A DNA stretch of 55,544 nt from Eubacteriales bacterium (GTDB taxonomy: Bacteria; Bacillota; Clostridia; Oscillospirales; CAG-382): contig JAZSGA010000042.1 of the NCBI GenBank assembly GCA_045532495.1, positions 1 through 55,544 of the forward strand, in the 5' to 3' direction. The position numbers were made by a program, and so were the translations under genes. Positions 1 through 8,323 of this stretch are shown here, piece after piece; within the stretch, counting starts at the first letter, position 1, and each line of letters opens with the position of its first letter. The notes under the pieces are model-generated. The model saw only the letters and a list, made by a program, of their open reading frames with translations. It ran no database searches and was not told where the DNA came from.

Positions 1-15
1 GGTAAGGAGATATTT

Positions 16-864
16 ATGTCTGCAATAGGTATTTCGGCGATAAAAGCCTTAAATAAAGTTTTCCCAAAACAGGTACATCCCTTTAACATGCAGGTGCAAG
101 GCGAAAAAACCTACGCCATGTGGCAGTTTGAAAAAGGGCAAGACACCATAAAATTCTTTTTGGAAAAATACACCGAAAAGGAAATGTTCGAAGGCAAAAC
201 CGTGCTGGATTTTGGATGCGGTGCAGGCGGTAAATCCTTATACTACGCCAGCCTTGGCGCAAACAAGGTGGTTGGCATGGATATTGTTGAAAGCTATGCC
301 GCAGAATCCGCAGCCCTTGCTGCAAAGCTTGGTCTTGCCGACAAATTCACCTTTGTACTGGGCGATGCCACAAATTCCGGTTTTGAAGACAACACCTTTG
401 ATACCATTATAATGAATGACTTTATGGAGCATGTTTCCGAGCCCGAAAAGGTGCTTATGGAGGCACGCCGCATTATACGTCCCGGTGGGCGCATTTATAT
501 AAACTTTCCGCCGTACTATCATCCTTTTGGTGCCCATTTATCCGATGCGGTTAATATGCCCTGGTGCCACATGTTTTTCAGCGAAAAAACACTTATCGGT
601 GCATACAAGGACCTGGTTAAAGACCTTCCCGACGGTCAGAGCCGCATAGATTTCCGAATCTCCACAAACAGCAACGGCAAGGAATATTTTTCCTACATCA
701 ACAAAATGACAATAAAACGCTTCCGCAGCATTTTGAAAACACAATCCATAACCCCCGTTTATTACAACGAAACTCCCGTGCGCAATATAGTTGCTCCCCT
801 GGCAAAGTTCCCACTCACCAAGGAAATGTTTGTTAAAATGGTCACCTGCGTTATTGAAAAATAA
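16..864 (+). CDS. Class I SAM-dependent methyltransferase
   Basis: AAGGAG RBS at 4-9. Motif I VLDFGCGAGG followed by an acidic loop (VVGMDI), typical Rossmann-fold methyltransferase layout. Confidence 0.8.
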   Translation: MSAIGISAIKALNKVFPKQVHPFNMQVQGEKTYAMWQFEKGQDTIKFFLEKYTEKEMFEGKTVLDFGCGAGGKSLYYASLGANKVVGMDIVESYAAESAALAAKLGLADKFTFVLGDATNSGFEDNTFDTIIMNDFMEHVSEPEKVLMEARRIIRPGGRIYINFPPYYHPFGAHLSDAVNMPWCHMFFSEKTLIGAYKDLVKDLPDGQSRIDFRISTNSNGKEYFSYINKMTIKRFRSILKTQSITPVYYNETPVRNIVAPLAKFPLTKEMFVKMVTCVIEK

Positions 865-880
865 CCGTATTATATAACAA

Positions 881-936
881 AAAAGCCGCCTTCGGCTGTC
901 GGTATGATCGGCAGTACGTAGTCGGCTTTTATTTTT
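881..936. terminator. Bidirectional hairpin/T-tract region between convergent genes
   Basis: AAAAGCCG (881-888) pairs with CGGCTTTT (923-930) and encloses smaller hairpins. T-runs are present on both strands. Confidence 0.5.
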
Positions 937-2387
937 TATCTTCGGTAACCGCGTCGGCGTCTTAACGCCTTATAATATATAAAGCAATACAACAAAAACA
1001 GCACCACTGCGGAAATAACCGCGGTTATAAACCATCGCCCTGTAAAAAATGCCGTAAGCAGGCTTAAAACGTATAAAAAGTTACTGCGATCCACGGATGT
1101 ATTTGCCACAAGATCGGTTTTTCCCAAGGTGATGGTGCCTTTGTAAGTTACAACAAGATCACCAAATCGCTGACCTTCGCTGACAGGGGCACAGGCATCC
1201 TCATACACAAGCCGTTTTAAGGTTATATCCTTTTCGGTATCAACATTTATGGGAAGAAGTGCAGAAATATCATCCTTGGCATAAAGGGTAACATGGTCCA
1301 CATTTGCCGCAAGCTCAACGGGTATTTCACACATCATCATGCCGCTTGAAGCAACTTTTTGTACTGAAAAATTGTCAAAGCAGGCATCAAGCAACGCTTT
1401 TGTATCAAGGTAAGAAAAGTTTTCGGTATCGGTGGCAGGCGAATTCATAACCACGGCAAGGTAAGTCAATCCTCTCCGTTCTGCCACAGCCACAACACAG
1501 TTACCACCTTCGGGAGTAAAGCCTGCGCTCATGCCAAGAGTTCCTTTGTAAAAATAATCGGATTCGCCCTCAACCCGTCTTATAAGGCGGTTACGGTTGT
1601 AAAGATAGCGACGTTCCTTGGTTTTGTTGGTGGCTTCGATGGTATAATTGGTGGCACCCGAAATTTTCACGATATCGTTTATATAGTAGGCATAACGTGC
1701 AATAAGTGCCATATCATATGCCGTGGTAACCATTTTTTCATCGTGAAGTCCCGTGGGATTTGCAAAAACAGTATCGTTTGCGCCAAGCTCCTTGGCTTTT
1801 TGATTCATCATTTTGCAGAATTCCTCTTCCGAACCTGCCACATGCTCAGCCAGAACATTTGCTGCATCGTTGGCACCGGTTACAAGCAGCGCATAAAAAA
1901 GCTCACGGGCGGTAAATCCTTCACCTGCTTTTATGGGCCGCGAAGAATGGATCTTTGTACCCGTAGATCTTTTTACAGCTGCTTCGGATGCATAGATCAC
2001 GGTTTCAAGATCGGGGATATTTTCATAAGCCACAATGGCTGTCATAAGTTTAACGGTGGATGCGGGGAAAAGCAACACCTTTGGATTTTTTTCATACATT
2101 ACGCTTCCTGTTTCAAGATTTATAACGTATGCAAAAGCCGCTTCTATGCCCGGAAATTCCACCCCTGCAAAATCCGCAAAGGTTTTGCTGTCGTAGTATT
2201 TTATATCCTGCGGAACCGCTGTTACGGAATCGCTCTGCACATTTTCCGATGCAGTATCTGAAACAGGCGATGTGATACCCGTCAGAGTTTCGGGGTTTAT
2301 CTCATCGGCAAAAACGCAGGGCATGCCCAATACCGATGCCGCAACAAGCAATGCCGCAGTTAGCTTTTTATATATGGCTGCAATCAT
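936..2387 (-). CDS. PBP5/DacA-like (peptidase S11) D-Ala-D-Ala carboxypeptidase homolog with atypical SxN and KTG boxes
   Basis: Signal peptide. SxxK box in PASTVKLMT. DacA-like order of conserved blocks and a C-terminal TM anchor. The SxN position reads TGAND and the KTG position reads GMSAGFT. Confidence 0.8.
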   Translation of the reverse strand: MIAAIYKKLTAALLVAASVLGMPCVFADEINPETLTGITSPVSDTASENVQSDSVTAVPQDIKYYDSKTFADFAGVEFPGIEAAFAYVINLETGSVMYEKNPKVLLFPASTVKLMTAIVAYENIPDLETVIYASEAAVKRSTGTKIHSSRPIKAGEGFTARELFYALLVTGANDAANVLAEHVAGSEEEFCKMMNQKAKELGANDTVFANPTGLHDEKMVTTAYDMALIARYAYYINDIVKISGATNYTIEATNKTKERRYLYNRNRLIRRVEGESDYFYKGTLGMSAGFTPEGGNCVVAVAERRGLTYLAVVMNSPATDTENFSYLDTKALLDACFDNFSVQKVASSGMMMCEIPVELAANVDHVTLYAKDDISALLPINVDTEKDITLKRLVYEDACAPVSEGQRFGDLVVTYKGTITLGKTDLVANTSVDRSNFLYVLSLLTAFFTGRWFITAVISAVVLFLLYCFIYYKALRRRRGYRR

Positions 2388-3328
2388 TTTTGAATGTCCT
2401 CTCTGTCCGCAAAAATAAGCTTTGTCTGTTTTATGTTTTCCTGAACCGCAAACACAAGCTCATCAAGGGACGAAAACTTTTTTTCGTCACGCAGACGGCG
2501 GTAAAACTCTATTTTCACCTGCTGTCCGTAAAGATCTCCGTTGTATCCTATGATGTGAGTTTCGCACAGCACGGGGGGATCTACTTCGTCATGGGTGACA
2601 GTGGGCTTTGTACCCACATTTGCCACGCCGCAGTATTTTTTATCACCCACGGTGCAAACGCAAGCGTACACACCGTTTTTGGGTTTTATTTTTTCTTTGC
2701 AAAAATGCTGGTTTACGGTGGGAATACCTATTTGCGTTCCAAGGTGCCTGCCGTGAATAACAGGGTAAAAAATTGAAAAAGGTCTTCCCAGGTATTCCAT
2801 CGCCTTTTCCACATCGCCTTCAAGTATACATTTGCGTATGGCGGTTGAATTTACGATATCTCCGTTTGCATCCACAACGTGATCGCAGATCACGGCTGTT
2901 TTTCCAAGCTTTTCAAGCTCATACTTAAGGCAGGCGCTGTCGCCGCTGCGATTTTTGCCAAAGCTGTAATTTTTACCGCACACGGCAACCTCACAGCCCA
3001 GCTTTTCCACAAGTATTTTTTTGCAAAATTCCTCGCAGGAAAGATTTTTTATACTGTTAAAATCATCAAAAAACAAAGTATCCACATCCATGTGTGAAAT
3101 TACTTCGGTTTTTTCGGGATTGTCGGTAATAAGGCCGCAAAACCCCGGAGTATCCAGGTGACGGTGCCTTTGGAAGGTATATACGCAGTTTTTTATTCCA
3201 AGCTGCCGGGCAAGCTGCGCCGACGTATTTATTAGCTTTGTATGACCAAGATGCACTCCGTCAAAGTTGCCCAGCACAACAACTCGTTTGATATTGGGCA
3301 GATTTTCGTATTTATCTGAAATGAGCAT
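2384..3328 (-). CDS. ribF: Bifunctional riboflavin kinase / FAD synthetase
   Basis: N-terminal VVLGNFDGVHLGH nucleotidyltransferase motif. C-terminal riboflavin kinase block (GIPTVN...GVANVGTKPT). The stop overlaps the start of the downstream gene (ATGA). Confidence 0.9.
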   Translation of the reverse strand: MLISDKYENLPNIKRVVVLGNFDGVHLGHTKLINTSAQLARQLGIKNCVYTFQRHRHLDTPGFCGLITDNPEKTEVISHMDVDTLFFDDFNSIKNLSCEEFCKKILVEKLGCEVAVCGKNYSFGKNRSGDSACLKYELEKLGKTAVICDHVVDANGDIVNSTAIRKCILEGDVEKAMEYLGRPFSIFYPVIHGRHLGTQIGIPTVNQHFCKEKIKPKNGVYACVCTVGDKKYCGVANVGTKPTVTHDEVDPPVLCETHIIGYNGDLYGQQVKIEFYRRLRDEKKFSSLDELVFAVQENIKQTKLIFADREDIQK

Positions 3329-3418
3329 TTATGTGTTCCTTTTAGTGAAATGATCAATGCCGAAAGGCATTAAAACGGATTTGAAGCAATAATCCGACAT
3401 AATACATATCTATATAAT

Positions 3419-3447
3419 ATGATACCCGTTTTCGTGCTTTATGTCAA
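3419..3447 (-). promoter_or_regulatory. Sigma-A type promoter for ribF
   Basis: On the minus strand: TTGACA, 17-nt spacer, TATCAT. This leaves a ~90-nt leader containing two small hairpins. Confidence 0.5.
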
Positions 3448-3591
3448 GGCACTTTTTTCGTAATACAAAAAAACCGAAACACGGTTATTTTGCGCCGTGT
3501 TTTTTTGATCTTCGCTGTAAAAGCTCATAATGATAAAGAATATTTTTGCTGTTTACCTCGCAAATCCAAGAATTACAACGAACACTTTGGC

Positions 3592-3620
3592 TTGTTATTC
3601 CTTTAATTTTTGCGTATAAT
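3592..3620 (+). promoter_or_regulatory. Sigma-A type promoter for the MogA-like gene
   Basis: TTGTTA, 17-nt spacer, TATAAT, about 60 nt upstream of the ATG at 3679. Confidence 0.55.
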
Positions 3621-3678
3621 TTTATTTACACGGAAGGTTTATTCCGCAATAACATTTACACTAAAAGGAGGTTTTATC

Positions 3679-4305
3679 ATGACGGATATGCCGTCATTCG
3701 GAATACTTTGCTGCGGCAAAAATATAACTGATCTTTCTCGGTCGGTAAAATGCTGCAGCCTTATAACGGATATTATGAAAAATGGCGGATTTGTGCTGGC
3801 AGGCTACCACACCGCCATAACCGAAAACAGCAACCCGGCAGGAAAAAAGCTTTGCGGAGAAAAGCTTTATCATCTGGCACGCAGTTGCGATGTTCTTTTT
3901 ACCGTAGGTTCCGACGGTTTTAACAAAGATGACATTATACCCGATATTACCGTTAAGCTCTGTCAGAGCCAGGCGGTTTTTTTCACCTCAAATTTATGCG
4001 GTGCCATGCACATAGGGAATTATGACAAGGGCAAACGAAGGTCGGATTTTCCTCCATCACGCAGCACGGCAGGTATTCTTGGCAGCTGCCTTGTTATGAA
4101 TATCCGCAACGATACACAATTCATATCCGCTGTTCTTCCTTCGCTTTTGCCTTCCATATCCTTTGCGGCATCGGGGCTTTCGGGCAAAAACACCACAGAC
4201 AGCAGAATAATTTTTCAATCATTAAACAGCATTTGCGATAGTGCAGGCAATATACGCAAAAATATTTTAGATAAAATTCAAAAAGCCGAAACAAATAACA
4301 TGTGA
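3679..4305 (+). CDS. MogA/MoaB-like (MoCF-biosynthesis fold) protein, degenerate motifs
   Basis: AAGGAGG RBS 7 nt upstream of the ATG at 3679 (the ORF-track start at 3610 lacks an RBS). CDVLFTVGSDGFNKDDIIPD resembles the MogA block (lvlTtGGTG..rDvTp) with GGTG changed to GSDG. Confidence 0.4.
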   Translation: MTDMPSFGILCCGKNITDLSRSVKCCSLITDIMKNGGFVLAGYHTAITENSNPAGKKLCGEKLYHLARSCDVLFTVGSDGFNKDDIIPDITVKLCQSQAVFFTSNLCGAMHIGNYDKGKRRSDFPPSRSTAGILGSCLVMNIRNDTQFISAVLPSLLPSISFAASGLSGKNTTDSRIIFQSLNSICDSAGNIRKNILDKIQKAETNNM

Positions 4306-4457
4306 TTTGTTATTTTTTATTTTTTCACCTATGTTTGTTCAAAGTTTGTCAATCCTTTTTTGTCAAAAATAGTATAGAATTATATTGTAGATTTAGCATT
4401 GTGCGTTGAATTTATAATTTTTATTTAATTAATTGTTACAAAATCGGAGGTTTGGCA

Positions 4458-5147
4458 ATGGGATTGAAAATTCTTATAGCAGATGATGATTCCAACACTT
4501 GTGATCTGCTTAAAATCTGCCTTGAAAACGAAGATTACGAAATAGTTATGGCTAACAACGGCGTAAAAGCTGTTTCTGCTTTTAAAATTTATGAGCCTGA
4601 TCTTGTGCTTCTTGACATCATGATGCCCGGCAAGGACGGCTGGCAGGTTTGCCGCGAAATCCGCGAAATTTCCTCCAAACCCATTATCATGCTCACCGCC
4701 AAAAACGAAGTTTTTGATAAAGTTCTTGGTCTTGAACTCGGCGCCGACGATTTTATCACCAAGCCCTTCGATATGAAAGAGGTTGTGGCACGCATAAAGG
4801 CCGTTTTCCGCCGCTGTGCAGGCCACGAAACCGACGATTCCGAAGTTGTTAAGTTTGACAACCTCGAAATCAGCCTTCAGAAATACGAGCTCAAGCTTTC
4901 CGGCAAATCGGTGGATATCCCCCCTAAAGAACTCGAACTCCTTTATTTCCTCACATCCAACTACAACCGTGTTTTCACCCGCGATCAGTTGCTTGATAAG
5001 GTTTGGGGCTTTGATTACCTGGGCGATTCCCGCACTGTTGACGTTCATATCAAGCGCCTTCGCGAAAAGCTTACCGGCATTTCCGACAAATGGCAAATCA
5101 AAACCGTTTGGGGTGTTGGCTACAAATTCGAACTCTTCCAGCAGTAA
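4458..5147 (+). CDS. OmpR/PhoB-family response regulator (receiver + winged-helix)
   Basis: GGAGG RBS. KILIADDD and DLVLLDIMMPGKDGW receiver motifs with a TAK lysine block. C-terminal winged helix (RTVDVHIKRLREKL...WGVGYKF). Confidence 0.9.
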   Translation: MGLKILIADDDSNTCDLLKICLENEDYEIVMANNGVKAVSAFKIYEPDLVLLDIMMPGKDGWQVCREIREISSKPIIMLTAKNEVFDKVLGLELGADDFITKPFDMKEVVARIKAVFRRCAGHETDDSEVVKFDNLEISLQKYELKLSGKSVDIPPKELELLYFLTSNYNRVFTRDQLLDKVWGFDYLGDSRTVDVHIKRLREKLTGISDKWQIKTVWGVGYKFELFQQ

Positions 5148-5166
5148 ATTATATTTGTAAATACAT

Positions 5167-5199
5167 ACGGCTGTCGTTTTGCGACAGCCGTGTTTTTTT
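5167..5199 (+). terminator. Rho-independent terminator after the response regulator
   Basis: 10-bp perfect stem ACGGCTGTCG/CGACAGCCGT, 5-nt loop, then a T7 run. Confidence 0.75.
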
Positions 5200-6043
5200 A
5201 ATGAAATTTTTTATACTGTCCCGGCGACATACCGTATTTTTTGCGAAAAAGCCTGTTAAAATACGTAACATTGTTAAAGCCGCATGTCATTGCCGCATCT
5301 GTTATGCTCACACCGGTCAGTTTAAGTTTTTCCGCCGCCTTTGCAAGCCGCAGATTGTTAAGATACTCATGAAAGCTCATTCCCATCTGTGCACCGAAAA
5401 GCCTGCCGGCATATTTTTCATTGACAAAATAAAGCCGGCATATTTCCTGCAAAGTGAATGTGCGGTTATAGTTTTCATCTACATATTTTTTAATGTTGTA
5501 CACCGCCCAATGATATGGGCTATCTGTATTAAGATGTTTGTTTTTTTCGTATATCATACGGATATAGCTATCCAGCAGCATGCACAACATATGTGCCGTA
5601 TCTTCAGATACATCAGAGGCATTTTTCATCAGCCTGCGCATTTCATCAATGGGTGCACCCGTTTCATGGCAGGCATCGGCAAGTTTTTTATGTGCGGCAG
5701 CAGCGTCGCTTATCATATTACCTATATAAATTATGCACACCGTCCTGCCGTCAATAACCACCGGCTTTACAGCTTCAAACATACCATAGGAGCACCTGCC
5801 GCAAAAATATGTTTTTTTGTGGATAGCCATTCGGTTGGCGCAGTTTTTGCACCTCATGCAGCGTTCAAAACCGCTTTCGGTGGATTTTGCAAGGTCGCAG
5901 AATTTAGTGCTGTGTGTGGCATATAAATAATCCACGGAAAGGCCGGGGGTTTTAAGTATGCCCGATACATCGTGTATACACACATGCACACCGGTTCCTG
6001 AACATATTGCCAAAACCGCATCTTTTAATGAAATATATTCCAT
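5198..6043 (-). CDS. AraC-family transcriptional regulator with N-terminal PocR-like Cys-rich sensor domain
   Basis: C-terminal double HTH (YFNRLFRKKYGMSPGQY). The N-terminal domain has FCDL...RCMRCKNC...FCGRCSYGMFEAV...IYIGN, the PocR-type pattern. Confidence 0.8.
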   Translation of the reverse strand: MEYISLKDAVLAICSGTGVHVCIHDVSGILKTPGLSVDYLYATHSTKFCDLAKSTESGFERCMRCKNCANRMAIHKKTYFCGRCSYGMFEAVKPVVIDGRTVCIIYIGNMISDAAAAHKKLADACHETGAPIDEMRRLMKNASDVSEDTAHMLCMLLDSYIRMIYEKNKHLNTDSPYHWAVYNIKKYVDENYNRTFTLQEICRLYFVNEKYAGRLFGAQMGMSFHEYLNNLRLAKAAEKLKLTGVSITDAAMTCGFNNVTYFNRLFRKKYGMSPGQYKKFH

Positions 6044-6196
6044 TTGAACACCTTTTTAAACAAATTCGCATTTATACTTTTATTTTACCAAAAAAGTTTC
6101 GTTTGTTCAAGTATTTCTTTCGTTTTTTATTGAATTATTTTGTATTATGTACTACAATATATACAAACTTACATATTATGAAAGGTTTAAACCGTT

Positions 6197-7471
6197 ATGA
6201 AAAAATATGATATCATAGTTGCCGGAGGAGGCTTTGCAGGTGCTGCAGCTGCCATTGCCGCAGGCAGACAAGGCAAAAAAGTTTTACTTTTTGACAAATC
6301 CAACTGCATGGGCGGAGCCGCTGCAAATTCGCTTGTTAACCCTTTTATGCCCTACACCACAAAGAAAAACGGTGAAAAATACCGTCTTTCGTCCGGTCTG
6401 TTCCTTGAAATTCAGGACAAGCTTGACGAAATGCGTCTGCTCACCGGCGAAACCATGCACATGGCAGGCAGAAGCGTTTTCAGCGAGGAACACCTTAAAA
6501 TCGTTCTCAACCGCATGGCAAAGGATGCCGGCGTTGATTTGCTTTACCATGCATATATTTGCGGAGTAAACTGCAATGACGGAAAAATAGAATCCGTAAC
6601 CGTGGCTACAAAATCCGGAAACATCGAGCTTTTTGCTGATTATTTCATAGATGCCACCGGTGATGCAAATCTTTCTTACCTTGCTGGATGCTCATACCGT
6701 TTGGGACGTGACGGCGACAATCTTTGCCAGCCCATGACTTTATGCTTCCGTGTGAGCAACGTGGATACCGAGCTGTTTGCCAAGGAGCGTCCTCTTATGC
6801 AAGAGCTTTACAAAAAGGCAAAAGCCGAAGGAAAGATCCACAACCCCCGCGAGGATGTACTTGTTTTTGACAAGTTTATGCAAAAAGGCGTTATACATTT
6901 TAATACCACTCGCATTGTAAAGCTTAATCCTGTTGATCCCTTTGATGTTACCGCCGCAGAAATAGAAGCCCGTGAGCAGGCGCTTGAAATTTACCTTTTG
7001 CTCAAAAACAACCTGGAATCCATGAAAAATTCCGAACTCATTTCCACAGCGGCAGAAATAGGTGTGCGTGAAAGCCGCATGATAAACGGATTGCACACAC
7101 TTACAGGCACCGAAATTGTAAACTGCACAAAGTTTGACGATTCCATCGCCTGCGGAAATTACGATATAGATATTCACAATCCCGAAGGTGCAGGCACAAG
7201 CCACTATTTCTTCCCTGACGGAATGTATTACGAAATACCTTACCGCACTCTTGTACCGAAGGATACACAGAACCTGCTGGTGGCAGGCAGATGTATTTCG
7301 GTTGACCACGAAGCTCAGGCTTCGGTACGCATAATGCCCATAGTTTGCTGTCTTGGTGAGGCAGCAGGCGTGGCAGCAGCCGTTTGTGCTGACGAAGGCA
7401 CAAAGCCGTGCGATGCTAACATAAGCCGTATACAAGATATCCTTGTTAAAACCGGCGCAGTTATTCATTGA
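6197..7471 (+). CDS. FAD-dependent oxidoreductase (FAD_oxidored-like)
   Basis: N-terminal dinucleotide-binding motif DIIVAGGGFAGAAAAIAA. C-terminal GRCIS...GEAAG block. Confidence 0.75.
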   Translation: MKKYDIIVAGGGFAGAAAAIAAGRQGKKVLLFDKSNCMGGAAANSLVNPFMPYTTKKNGEKYRLSSGLFLEIQDKLDEMRLLTGETMHMAGRSVFSEEHLKIVLNRMAKDAGVDLLYHAYICGVNCNDGKIESVTVATKSGNIELFADYFIDATGDANLSYLAGCSYRLGRDGDNLCQPMTLCFRVSNVDTELFAKERPLMQELYKKAKAEGKIHNPREDVLVFDKFMQKGVIHFNTTRIVKLNPVDPFDVTAAEIEAREQALEIYLLLKNNLESMKNSELISTAAEIGVRESRMINGLHTLTGTEIVNCTKFDDSIACGNYDIDIHNPEGAGTSHYFFPDGMYYEIPYRTLVPKDTQNLLVAGRCISVDHEAQASVRIMPIVCCLGEAAGVAAAVCADEGTKPCDANISRIQDILVKTGAVIH

Positions 7472-7478
7472 CAAAAAA

Positions 7479-7510
7479 CGGGGTGTATCAGATCAATCTG
7501 ATACACCCCG
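7479..7510. terminator. Bidirectional terminator
   Basis: ~14-bp perfect inverted repeat CGGGGTGTATCAGAT/ATCTGATACACCCCG, flanked by an A-run and a T-run, between convergent genes. Confidence 0.75.
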
Positions 7511-7526
7511 ATAGTTTTTATAAAAA

Positions 7527-8219
7527 TTATTCTTCGGTTTCGTCGCCGTAAGCAATAACAACACGTCTGTCGCTTTCGGCACCGATGGAATAGGTATGAA
7601 CACCACGGATATTCTGAATTTCAGAATGGATAATACGGCGTTCATATGCCGCCATGGGCTCAAGAGTCATGTTACGGCGGTAATTAAGAGCTTTGTTTGC
7701 CATGCGGCGTGCCAGTTCCTTGAGTTTTTCTTCACGCTTTGCACGGTAATTTTCGGCATCGATGGAAACCTTTATATACTGATGGCCGTTTTCGTCCTTG
7801 GGGAACTTGCTTGCCGCAAGATTTGCAAGATACTGGATGGAATCCAGCACATCACCGTGGTGACCGATAAGAATACCAAGGCCTCTGCCTTCGCCTTCAT
7901 TTTTAGAACTGATCTCAACGGAGATGTTCTTTTCAACAAGTGATTTTCCTTCGGGAATACTTTCGCTTACATCAACGATCTTTGCTTCGGCATCGATACC
8001 CATATTGCGAATAAGGGTATTGAGAAAGTTGAGGGTGAGTTCTTCGGCTGTATCCTTTGCACACACCTTTACTTTTGCATCAACTGCACCTATACCGAAA
8101 AGGCCTTTTTTTGGTTCTTCGATAACAGTATAAGTAACGGAAGAAGCATCTCTGCCAAGCTTTTCTGCGCCAAGCGCAACTGCTGCTTCCACTGTTTTTG
8201 CAGATATGATAATTTCCAT
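7527..8219 (-). CDS. jag: Jag/KhpB RNA-binding protein (Jag_N + KH + R3H)
   Basis: N-terminal MEIIISAKTVEAAV...KKGLFGIG (Jag_N). C-terminal R3H region (EPMAAYERRIIHSEI). Sits directly downstream of yidC. Confidence 0.85.
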   Translation of the reverse strand: MEIIISAKTVEAAVALGAEKLGRDASSVTYTVIEEPKKGLFGIGAVDAKVKVCAKDTAEELTLNFLNTLIRNMGIDAEAKIVDVSESIPEGKSLVEKNISVEISSKNEGEGRGLGILIGHHGDVLDSIQYLANLAASKFPKDENGHQYIKVSIDAENYRAKREEKLKELARRMANKALNYRRNMTLEPMAAYERRIIHSEIQNIRGVHTYSIGAESDRRVVIAYGDETEE

Positions 8220-8323
8220 ATATAAATAACTCCTTTAACATGGGTCAGGATCTGCGGCAAAAACCGCAAACTCTGCCCGTAATAAAAATATGTTTTAAAT
8301 CAAAAACCGCATGACCTTAACGT

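Noticed and set aside
3546-3731. 61-aa plus-strand ORF in the ribF / MogA-like intergenic region.
   Set aside because: It spans the promoter and RBS of the downstream gene, has no RBS of its own, and has an implausible composition.
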